From Leeuwenhoekiella sp. (lineage in GTDB: Bacteria; Bacteroidota; Bacteroidia; Flavobacteriales; Flavobacteriaceae): DNA of 64,000 nt. The notes beneath the pieces are model-generated. The model worked only from the letters and a program-made list of their open reading frames with translations, was not told the DNA's origin and made no database searches. Below are positions 49,250-58,700 of this stretch, one piece after another; position 1 is the first letter of the stretch, and each line of letters starts with the position of its first letter. The DNA is taken from the NCBI GenBank assembly GCA_964219495.1, contig CAXPQP010000025.1:25440-89439 (forward strand). Direction: 5' to 3'. Both the position numbers and the translations under genes were made by a program.

Positions 49250-50053
49250 TTAAAGCTTATAATGGTTAAGCAAAAGGCGTTCATACATTTTACTGGGCAA
49301 CACTCCCTTTAAAAAGGTTGAAAAGCGTTGCATAAAAGCTCCAATCTTATAGTCAACTTCCGGGTCTTTAGTCTCGATAATCTTATAAACCGCCTTAGCC
49401 ATAAGCATTGGATCTTCTCCTTCATCTATGTGTTCATCCATTAATGCAAGTGACTTTCCATAATTTGCTGCATAATCTGAATTTTCATCAAGAGGTGCAT
49501 GGTAACGACCAGAAGCTATATTGGTTGCAAAATCTCCAGGAGCTACATTGGTAAGTTTAACATTAAATTCTTTGAGCTCCATACGCATAGCTTCGGTGGT
49601 AAGACTAAGCGCTCCTTTGGTTGCAGAATACGCACTGCGATAAGGCAATCCCATATAACCGGCAATAGAAGTTACATTTATAATCAAACCTTCACGCTGT
49701 TTACGCATAGTTGGTAAAACAGCCTTCATCACAGCAATAGGACCAAAATAGTTAGTTTCAAAAACCGATTTAAGTTCGTCTTCAGGGATTTCTTCAAGCG
49801 GACCAGTAATTCCTTTCCCGGCATTATTAATGAGTACGTCTATCTTCCCTTCCTGCTCCAGAACTTGTGAAACAGCTAATTTTATAGTTTCGGTTTTAGT
49901 AACATCGAGAGGTAAAAAATAAACTCCATTAACTTCGGGAGATTTCGGGTTACGACTGGTACCATAAACCGTGTAATTTTTGGCGACCAGAAATTCAGCT
50001 ATAGATTTACCAATGCCCGAGGAAGCCCCGGTGATCAATACTACTTTTGACAT
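49250..50053 (-). CDS. Classical SDR oxidoreductase
   Basis: ITGASSGIG, NNAG, YSATK, PGDFAT. Confidence 0.9.
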   Translation of the reverse strand: MSKVVLITGASSGIGKSIAEFLVAKNYTVYGTSRNPKSPEVNGVYFLPLDVTKTETIKLAVSQVLEQEGKIDVLINNAGKGITGPLEEIPEDELKSVFETNYFGPIAVMKAVLPTMRKQREGLIINVTSIAGYMGLPYRSAYSATKGALSLTTEAMRMELKEFNVKLTNVAPGDFATNIASGRYHAPLDENSDYAANYGKSLALMDEHIDEGEDPMLMAKAVYKIIETKDPEVDYKIGAFMQRFSTFLKGVLPSKMYERLLLNHYKL

Positions 50054-50084
50054 ATTGTGCGTTTAAAAAAGCGAAGAATTTACG

Positions 50085-50092
50085 CAAATATA
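50085..50092 (-). promoter_or_regulatory. -7 box for the SDR (and possibly fsa) transcript
   Basis: TATATTTG on the minus strand just downstream of the ffs T-tract. Confidence 0.55.
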
Positions 50093-50105
50093 AGGCATAA
50101 AAAAA

Positions 50106-50200
50106 GGCAAGCTACCTACATCACACCGCTACGACCATCTACCCTTGCTGCGTTCCCGCCCTGGGGGAATTCGACAGGAGCTGGTTGTGTAGGACTTGCC
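50106..50200 (-). ncRNA. ffs: Signal recognition particle RNA, small (4.5S) type
   Basis: Minus strand GGCAAG...CTTGCC terminal helix; helix-8 core CAGGGCGGGAACGCAGCAAG; trailing T-run; own promoter. Confidence 0.9.
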
Positions 50201-50205
50201 GGGTG

Positions 50206-50236
50206 CAAATATAAGGCACCTCTACACTTTGCCAAA
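50206..50236 (-). promoter_or_regulatory. Promoter of ffs
   Basis: -33 TTTG (50233-50236), 19-nt spacer, -7 TATATTTG (50206-50213). Confidence 0.75.
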
Positions 50237-50289
50237 GGTTTTTTTTACTGAATTTAATGATTTAACTTCATCACCTAATTCTATTAATC

Positions 50290-51348
50290 ATGCGCATTTA
50301 TAATCTTCTCGTTCTCTTCATTTTAGGTCTTATAACCCTTTCTTGTGGAAACGGAAAAGATCTCAATAAAAGCTTTTCTATAGTCGTTGATAAGCCTGTA
50401 GAAAGTCTCAAAAACGGCGAAACCATCTCCATAAGCCTCAAGCCAAAGGTAGATATCACGCTAGATTCGGTTGTTTATAGTCTCGAAAATGATCGAATTG
50501 GAAGTAAAAATGGTCTCGAAGCAATTTCACATACCCTAAACCAGCAAAAACTGGGAAAAAAAGAATTGAAAGCTACACTTTATGCCGGCGATAAAACAGC
50601 TACTATAAATACCACGCTTATCCTTCTGTCCGCTGAAACTCCGGTTTTATACACGTATGAAATTGTAAACACCTATCCTCACGACACCAAATCCTACACA
50701 CAGGGACTCGAATTTCACAACGACACCTTATATGAAAGCATTGGAGAATATGGTGAATCTGCATTATTAAAAACCGATTTGCAATCGGGCGAAATTCTCA
50801 ATCGCATCGAATTGGAAAATTCTTATTTCGCCGAAGGCTTAACCATTTTAAATGACAAATTGATCCAATTGACCTGGCGCGAGAAAACAGGTTTTATTTA
50901 CGATCTCGATACTTTCAAAAAAACCGGAAGCTTTCAATACAATCAAAGTAAGGAAGGTTGGGGACTTTGCAACGATGGCAATCAAATTTATAAATCAGAC
51001 GGTACCGAGCGTATTTGGACATTAGATCCTGAGACTTATGCAGAAACCGGATATTTTGATGTGGTTGACAATAAGAAAGTCCGTTCCAAATTCAATGAAC
51101 TCGAGTGGGTTGACGGTAAAATTTATGCGAACAGTTACCAGTTTGACAGTATTACCATAATAAATCCAGAAACCGGAGCAATTGAAGGAGTGGTTGATTT
51201 ACGCCCGTTAAAGAAGAAAATCAATTCGATCTCAGATAATGTAAACGAAGTGCTAAATGGTATCGCTTACGATGCAAATACCCAAAAACTCTACGTTACA
51301 GGCAAGCACTGGGATAAACTTTTTGAGATACGTATTCTTAAAAAATAA
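50290..51348 (+). CDS. Glutaminyl-peptide cyclotransferase (type II, beta-propeller) lipoprotein with N-terminal Ig-like domain
   Basis: YTQGLEF, FAEGLT, QLTWRE, EGWGL, SDGT, NELEW, VLNGIAYD, TGKHW. Confidence 0.9.
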   Translation: MRIYNLLVLFILGLITLSCGNGKDLNKSFSIVVDKPVESLKNGETISISLKPKVDITLDSVVYSLENDRIGSKNGLEAISHTLNQQKLGKKELKATLYAGDKTATINTTLILLSAETPVLYTYEIVNTYPHDTKSYTQGLEFHNDTLYESIGEYGESALLKTDLQSGEILNRIELENSYFAEGLTILNDKLIQLTWREKTGFIYDLDTFKKTGSFQYNQSKEGWGLCNDGNQIYKSDGTERIWTLDPETYAETGYFDVVDNKKVRSKFNELEWVDGKIYANSYQFDSITIINPETGAIEGVVDLRPLKKKINSISDNVNEVLNGIAYDANTQKLYVTGKHWDKLFEIRILKK

Positions 51349-51357
51349 AAACAAACC

Positions 51358-52905
51358 TTGAAAAAACAGCTCACAATCCTGTTTAAGACTTCGCTTGTTC
51401 TTCTGGCACTTGTGAGTATGGCATCCTGCCGCGATGACTTTGAGTCAGAGCTAAGTCAGGGAAATCTGGAATTCTCCCGGGATACCGTCTATCTGGACAC
51501 TGTTTTTTCAAATATTGGCAGCAGCACTTACACCTTAAAGGTCTATAATTGCAGCAATGCATTTATAAATATTCCAAAACTCGCTTTGGCAAAAGGTGAA
51601 AATTCGGCATATCGCTTAAATGTAGATGGGCTTGCCGGGAAAGTTTTTGAGAATGTTGAAATTCTGCCTCGCGACAGTATTTTCATTTTTATTGAAACCA
51701 CAGTTGACACCCAGAATAGTAACGAACTGCTTTATACCGATCAAATTGTTTTTGAATCGGCATCGCAATATCAAAAAGTAGAATTGGTAACGCTGGTCAA
51801 AGACGCCTATTTTCTCTATCCTCAAAAAGATGCTGAAGGAATTAAAGAAACCCTGCAAATAGGTCTTGATGAAGAAGGCGATCCTATTTTGATTGAGGGT
51901 TTTGTATTGAGCGATGCGCAATTGCATTTTACCAATGAGAAGCCCTATGTTATATACGGCTACGCCGGAATAGCCAATTCCAAAACACTTGTTCTCGACC
52001 CCGGAGCCCGATTGCATTTTCATGATAATAGCGGGATCATTGTAGGAAATGGTGGAAGAATTGAGGCAAACGGCTCGCTGAGTACAGATGACGACCGTCT
52101 GGAAAAGGAGATAATAGAGGAGGGCGACCGCCTCGAACCGGAATATGAAAAGATACCCGGGCAATGGGGAACCATCTGGTTTACTCCCGGAAGCACAGGT
52201 AAAATGAATTATGTTACTATTAAAAACAACAATCTTGGTATTCTGGCAGATGGTAATACCGGTAATTCAGATTCAGATTTACTAATACAAAACGTTCAAA
52301 TTTACAATTCGGCATTGATAGGTCTCTACGGAATTACAGCCTCAGTTTCCGCAGAAAATCTGGTAATTGGCAATTCAGGAATTTCAAATTTATGGATTAG
52401 ACTGGGTGGTAGTTATGAATTTACGCACAGTACTTTTGCAAATTACTGGAATCAAAGTTTTAGAAATACTCCTGCAGTTCAAATCGATAATTATCTGGAA
52501 ACAGCTGATGCCTTGCTAACTGCAGACTTGATACAGGCCAATTTTGTAAATTGTATCATTTATGGGAACAAATCTGAAGAACTAGGATTGCGACCGCTTG
52601 AGAACACCGAATTCAATTTTTCATTCAGCAATAGCCTGATTCGGTTTGATGATCGATTTGGTGAATTTTCGGCTGTGCCAGTATATGACTTTACTGATGA
52701 AAACCGATATCAGAATACTATTCTCAGTGAAGATCCCTTTTTTAAAAATACCAACCAAAACGCCTATACCATTGGCTTGAATTCTGCGGCTCGATCCCTT
52801 GGGAACGGGCTGGGTGCGTTACAGGTTCCACTTGATATAAAAGGAGAACCTCGTGCCAGCACTCCAGATGCTGGAGCTTACAATGCTGTAAACCTTGATA
52901 ATTAG
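51358..52905 (+). CDS. Hypothetical surface lipoprotein, Ig-like plus right-handed beta-helix; TTG start
   Basis: Lipobox MASC-RDD; DTVYLDTVF; PGQWGTIWF; Asn/Gly-rich repeats; PDAGAY end. Confidence 0.6.
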   Translation: MKKQLTILFKTSLVLLALVSMASCRDDFESELSQGNLEFSRDTVYLDTVFSNIGSSTYTLKVYNCSNAFINIPKLALAKGENSAYRLNVDGLAGKVFENVEILPRDSIFIFIETTVDTQNSNELLYTDQIVFESASQYQKVELVTLVKDAYFLYPQKDAEGIKETLQIGLDEEGDPILIEGFVLSDAQLHFTNEKPYVIYGYAGIANSKTLVLDPGARLHFHDNSGIIVGNGGRIEANGSLSTDDDRLEKEIIEEGDRLEPEYEKIPGQWGTIWFTPGSTGKMNYVTIKNNNLGILADGNTGNSDSDLLIQNVQIYNSALIGLYGITASVSAENLVIGNSGISNLWIRLGGSYEFTHSTFANYWNQSFRNTPAVQIDNYLETADALLTADLIQANFVNCIIYGNKSEELGLRPLENTEFNFSFSNSLIRFDDRFGEFSAVPVYDFTDENRYQNTILSEDPFFKNTNQNAYTIGLNSAARSLGNGLGALQVPLDIKGEPRASTPDAGAYNAVNLDN

Positions 52906-55395
52906 ATGTTCAAAAAAATAATTCCCCTACTACTCTTAGTACTAAGTTCCTCCTTAACCCAATCCCAGGAATTGGATGCAACCGGCGACCAACTCTATTG
53001 CCCAGGTTCCGAAATTGCAATTGTTGAAGATTTTACGCTAAGCAATGCTTCCGGGACTGCCATAAACGAGGTTTTTATACAAATCTCAAGCGGCTACGAG
53101 CAAGGTCGTGATCTATTGAGATATGCAGGTAGTAATACCGCTCTTACTTCAACCTTCAATGCATCGACAGGAAAATTAATACTTAGCTTTTCAACACTTA
53201 CTATTGCCGAAATTGAAACCGCCGTTGAGAATGTAGTTTTCAGCAGTTCAAATTTGAATATAAGTGGTACTCGTGAGTTTTCAATCTCTATAGGCGATGC
53301 CAACTACCTCCCTTCTACCGGACATTTTTATAAGTATTTTGAGGATGTTGAAATTACCTGGCAGGATGCGCGTGCTGCAGCTGAGAATAAAACGTATTAC
53401 GGTTTAAATGGATATTTAGCCACTTTAACATCAGAAGATGAAGCCATTCTGTGTGGTGAGCAAACTCAGGGTGCTGGTTGGATTGGCGGTACAGATGAAG
53501 AGACAGAAGGTGTCTGGAAATGGGTTACCGGACCAGAAGGACTGCAAGGTGGAGTAATTTTCTGGAATGGGGGCGTAAATGGTTCAACTCCCAACTTTGC
53601 CTATTGGAATACCGGGGAACCTAACAATGTAAACGGTGGTGAAAATTATGCTCACATTACCGACCCCAATGTTGGTCTTCCCGGCTCCTGGAATGATTTA
53701 AGAACTATTGGTGAACCACCCGGACCGTTTCAGGCTAAAGGTTATATCGTTGAATACGGAGGGATGCCCGGCGATCCCGAACTTAAGATTGCAACTTCAA
53801 CACAAATACGCGTTGCTTCGGTTACCAGCAGTAGTGGTGATGTGCGTTGTGGCGCAGGATCTGTAAGTCTTATGGCACAGGCAAGCGACGGTGACCTAAA
53901 CTGGTACGACAGTGCCACCGGAGGGAATCGCGTGTTTACCGGAGCCAATTTTGTAACCAATTTAACCAGTACCACAACTTTCTATGTTGCCGCTGAACCT
54001 GTAGGTTGTGCTCAGGGAACGCGAATCTCTGTTCAGGGGGTTATTCTTGAACCGGTTAATGTACCCGCTCAAATCGAAGTGTTTAATTGTGATGAAGACG
54101 GTATTCCAGATGGTTTTACACTGTTTGACCTCAACGCCATTGCTGCCACAATTTCTACATCGGCTAACGAGACAGTACTTTTTTATTCCAACCAGGCAGA
54201 TGCAGAAAACAATCAGACTGCAAATCAAATAACAGATACTGATTATGATAGCAGTAAGGGCAACACACTTTATACCCGTACACAGAACACCAATGGGTGT
54301 TATGGAATCACTGAAGTAAATCTTGAAGTCTCAACTACTTCGTTTCAACCCGGCTTTCAATATGATCTTACTTATTGCGATACCGATGGAAGCATAGATG
54401 GTTTTTATGATTTTGACCTGAATGAAGCGACACCGACTATGCTAGCTCAATTCCCTACAGGAAGTGACCTGAGTGTTTCCTATTATCGCACTCAAGAGGA
54501 AGCCTTGCTTGATCAAAATGAAATTCCATTAACTACTACTTACCGCAATGAGATCGTTGATGAACAAATTTTGTTTGTACGTGTGGAAGACAATACCGGA
54601 AATCGGTGTTATGGTGTAGGACCCCATTTGAGATTGGAAGTTTTACCGGTTCCTCAATTTGATATTCTTAATGATGGTAAGTTTTGTAGTACAGCAGCAT
54701 CTTTTACTCTAGAAACCACCAATGCACAAGGCACGTATACTTACGAGTGGCGTGATGCTGACGATGTAATCATCGGCACCGATTCATTTGTAACCGTTAC
54801 AAGCCCCGGTGTATATACCGTTAGCGCCAGCAATGGCGCCTGTACTTCAGAGGTTCAATTGGTAGAGGTGATTGCTTCAGAAGCTGCGATTTTAAGTCTC
54901 GAAAATATTGAAGTGATTAGCGAAGGTGACGGTAACATCAATACCATACGTATTATTAATCCTGCCGAATTGGGTCAGGGAGATTATGAGTTTGCTTTGG
55001 GAGATGAAATTGGCCCCTATCAGGATGAGCCGGTTTTTGAACGGGTAACTCCTGGTTTTAAAACCCTATTCGTGCGGGATAAGAATGGCTGTGGAATTTC
55101 AAGCATTGAAATTCCCGTGTTAGGCTTCCCACAATATTTTACACCCAATAATGATGGCTACCACGACACCTGGGGGCCTTCGGGCTTAAGTGATAAAAAT
55201 TATACTGCGGTTAGTGTTTATATTTTTGACCGATTCGGAAAACTGCTTAAATCGCTTTATGGTTTTGGTGAAAACTGGGACGGTACTACCCGGGAAAAAG
55301 CGCTCCCTTCAGACGACTATTGGTACCGAGTAGAACTTACCGACTATGACGGAGTTATCAGCAGATTTAACGGGCATTTTACCTTGAAGCGCTAG
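52906..55395 (+). CDS. T9SS type-B sorting domain protein with C-type lectin-like and Ig-like domains
   Basis: Signal peptide; WIGGTD..EG.WKW, GEPNN, WNDL; C-terminal FTPNNDGYHDTW...IFDRFGKLL...WDG...DYWY...GHFTLKR. Confidence 0.85.
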   Translation: MFKKIIPLLLLVLSSSLTQSQELDATGDQLYCPGSEIAIVEDFTLSNASGTAINEVFIQISSGYEQGRDLLRYAGSNTALTSTFNASTGKLILSFSTLTIAEIETAVENVVFSSSNLNISGTREFSISIGDANYLPSTGHFYKYFEDVEITWQDARAAAENKTYYGLNGYLATLTSEDEAILCGEQTQGAGWIGGTDEETEGVWKWVTGPEGLQGGVIFWNGGVNGSTPNFAYWNTGEPNNVNGGENYAHITDPNVGLPGSWNDLRTIGEPPGPFQAKGYIVEYGGMPGDPELKIATSTQIRVASVTSSSGDVRCGAGSVSLMAQASDGDLNWYDSATGGNRVFTGANFVTNLTSTTTFYVAAEPVGCAQGTRISVQGVILEPVNVPAQIEVFNCDEDGIPDGFTLFDLNAIAATISTSANETVLFYSNQADAENNQTANQITDTDYDSSKGNTLYTRTQNTNGCYGITEVNLEVSTTSFQPGFQYDLTYCDTDGSIDGFYDFDLNEATPTMLAQFPTGSDLSVSYYRTQEEALLDQNEIPLTTTYRNEIVDEQILFVRVEDNTGNRCYGVGPHLRLEVLPVPQFDILNDGKFCSTAASFTLETTNAQGTYTYEWRDADDVIIGTDSFVTVTSPGVYTVSASNGACTSEVQLVEVIASEAAILSLENIEVISEGDGNINTIRIINPAELGQGDYEFALGDEIGPYQDEPVFERVTPGFKTLFVRDKNGCGISSIEIPVLGFPQYFTPNNDGYHDTWGPSGLSDKNYTAVSVYIFDRFGKLLKSLYGFGENWDGTTREKALPSDDYWYRVELTDYDGVISRFNGHFTLKR

Positions 55396-55401
55396 TTCAA
55401 T

Positions 55402-55731
55402 ATGAAAACCATTGAGCTCTTTTCTTACGGAACCCTTCAGCATAACGATATACAAGATACCTTATTTAAACGACAGCTTCACGGCACATCTGAAGCATTA
55501 CCAGGTTATAAATTGGGAACTATTTCAGTTCCTGAAGATCACCACAAAGCACAATTGTATTTTATAGCTATCTATACAGGACAGAGCCAGGATTCGATTG
55601 ATGGCATTTGCTATACCATCAATCAAGATGAACTTCCTGTAGTTGACGAGTACGAAGGCACTTCCTACGAGCGGGTGGAGGTCGCCCTCAAATCCGGTAA
55701 AAAAGCGCTGGTTTACCGAAAACCTGTTTAA
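55402..55731 (+). CDS. Gamma-glutamylcyclotransferase (AIG2-like) protein
   Basis: LFSYGTLQ, DEYEG..YER. Confidence 0.85.
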   Translation: MKTIELFSYGTLQHNDIQDTLFKRQLHGTSEALPGYKLGTISVPEDHHKAQLYFIAIYTGQSQDSIDGICYTINQDELPVVDEYEGTSYERVEVALKSGKKALVYRKPV

Positions 55732-55732
55732 G

Positions 55733-58700
55733 CTATTTAAATCGCATCAGCGATTCTTTAACCTTTAATAAATTCTTTGTTTTCTCTTTAGGAAGCACCA
55801 CCTCATGGCTCAATAAAAAGTCTAATTGTGCCAGCTCGATACGTATTTGTCGTTTACTGTGTAAAATCTGAAATCCCTCTGCAAAACGCCTGTTGATTTC
55901 ATCAAGAATGACCTGCTCTCCGTCCTTTTCGGTATTTACAAGCAACATTCCAAAACTCACTTCGGTCATTCCCAATAAAACAGATATGTCTAGGTCTGCA
56001 GGGTCTACATCATCCAGATGTTTCAAAAATTCCTGCAGATAGGCATAAACTGGTTTTTTGGTGTATTTTTTCAATTCATTTTTAAGGCTGTTTTTCCCGT
56101 AACATTCCCGTATATAGGCAAGAAACACAATATTTGAAAAAGCATCCAGAGTTTTACCATCATAAGGATCTGTACTGTTATCGTAAGCTTCAGTATAATA
56201 TTGAAGTGCCAATTCTAAGAAATGTTGCTGCTTATCTCCCTTTTCAAACATAGAAGCAAATTTGTAGCAATTGCCGACTATTCCCAAACGCAGGGTTGTT
56301 TTACCAATTAATGCTAGCTTGGTAATCAGGTCTAGTTCTTCTTTCCGCTCTGCGGCATCTTTTGAAAAATTGAGAGAGCGCAACAGGCAAAAATGTTCCA
56401 ATACCTTCATCGAAAAATTAGCATCCTCAAGAGTAAGCACCGCTCTAAACGTATCGAGAGCTTCATTAGGCATGTCAAGTTCGTCATAAATTAAAGCTTC
56501 CTTTTCTCTGATTACACCATCGATCAAATCATTGCGACTGGCATTTTCAAGAATAGCATCTAGTTTCCCTTTAACCGTATTTGGATTAGCGCTACTATGT
56601 CTTATAGAAGCATATAGATTCTCTAGATCTGTATAAACCTGCGAACTTAACACATAGTCGAACACCTCTTCTTTCTGACGCACGTGTTCAAAAAACTTAT
56701 AATGCTGATTGCCATAGCATTGGTATGCGCCCCAGGTATTTGTGTGCCTGTGATTTTGATAGCATTTTTTACGAGCCATTTGTACGGCTTCGCCAAACTC
56801 ATATCCCGAGAGCATTCTACCATAAAATTCCTCTGAAAAGGTCTCTGCAGCCGCATCATCTACTGCCCAGCCTGTCACTATTATAGCTTTGACACCCATT
56901 GCGATAAGTTGGGTTCCTATGTTTGCTGCGAGTTTATACCGCGAGCGCATAAAGACATCATCTGCAGCGTTAAGCGTACCGCTAAAACAACAATTGATAA
57001 AAACAAATTCGGGTACATAACTAAGTTGCTTTATCATTGCCGGATCTATACAAATACCATTTCCTATAGCTATACCTACCCGGTTATTGACAGGATCATA
57101 GAGGCCGTGACCTGCAAAATGCAGAATCTTATAATCGTGTGTATAGAGTTGCAGCATAATATCTGTTGCAGCACTGTTGAGTAAAGCGAAAGTTTCAAAA
57201 CCAGAACTTTTGAGTTTATCGCTTACCATTTGAGCCTCTGCCTTTGCAGCGGCAAGTTGTGGGAGTGTAGCTTCGTTGTAAATGGGATCGCCTATGACCA
57301 AGCTCTTATTACTCACACTTCGCAATTGGTTACTCTCATAATCTGAGGTAAGCAATTGGCGTATCAAGCCCGAATTTACTGCTGCAGGGGTTTCATCTGA
57401 CTCAAAATCGTGGAATAGTTCCCAGGGAAATTGTGCCGCTTTTAAATCGAGTTTAAATAAAATATTGTTTTGATTGCGGATGATGTCTTTAAACTGATTT
57501 GGGATTAATAATTCAAACAAGGTTTTAGAAAGGCGCTTATCCCAGGTAGAACTCCGCGACATTTCTTCGAGCAGGATACCTACCTGTTGTAACCCATTGT
57601 GCACTTCTTCCTCTTCAACCCGAGCCAGACCACTAGACGAATTATAAGCAAAACCCGTAATGTGATCGCCATCACAAATACTTTTGACATTAAAATGATG
57701 CCACCAGTCTTCAGACTCATCAATAAATGCGCGTTTTTTCTTGGCGCCTTCTTTGCGTTCAATTCCTTTTTGCAAGTCAAAATTAAAGCGATTATCAGAG
57801 TTCTTAAGTCGGCTTAAAGCCCAATACCCTTGACTTGCTAACGACTCATAATGATTTACAAATTCAACCTGTGTGATTTCTTGTAAACCTTCGCCGTGAT
57901 CTTTTATAAATCGGTTAGCACTGCTTACACCAAGCAAAATCCCTTTTATCGAATCTTCGATTTGCAGTCTGCCATAACCGGTTCCCATTAAGATAAATGA
58001 AATTCCTTCGGCATAAGATTTGGCTTTTGCCAGCGTATAATTATCCCGCATAAACATAGCATACTTGAGTGTTGCCATCTCTACGGTTTTTGCCAACAAA
58101 TAATGAGTGAGCTCCTGAGAATTTCCAAGACCGCATACGATAGCTCCCCGGGGATTAGTATTTAAATTAAAAAACACCTCGCTCTCCCCAATTTTACCTG
58201 GGTAATATCCCATATCATACCGCTGCATCAGGCGACCGTGAAGGTATCCATCAAGAGCTTTCTCTGCGCTGTGAACACCGTCGTTATTAAAATGCCCCGC
58301 CATAACCGGATAGCGAGAAACTTTGAGATCTGCGTTAATAACGCTTACGTTGAGTAAGGTACGTTCAGGTTCTGTGTTTTTGACTTTAGATTTAATACCA
58401 AACAAGGTATCACCTACAAGATCTGGATTGTTACCCGGCGCTGGTACAGCATGCAGTTCGCTAATGACTTCACCGGTACGAGAAACAGGTTTGGTTTTAA
58501 GCAATCGGTTGGTTTTACCTTCAAGAAGAATATCTACAATACCATCATAAATTTTAGGATCGTTAGCCAGTTCGCCATGCGAGGTATACGAATAGTACAC
58601 ATTATCTTTTGGAATACGCGAAGGAATACCGGTAACCCAGGTGACACTGCTATCCCCGTGTGTGGTAGCCAGGTAAACCAATTTTTTCTTTTTAGAAAGG

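Noticed and set aside
50057-50251. 64-aa plus-strand ORF in the track
   Set aside because: It is antisense to the SRP RNA and its promoter; no protein-like features.
52100-52130. Purine-rich stretch (EKEIIEEGD) in the beta-helix lipoprotein that looked atypical
   Set aside because: The frame is intact, and without an alignment I cannot show it deviates from homologs.
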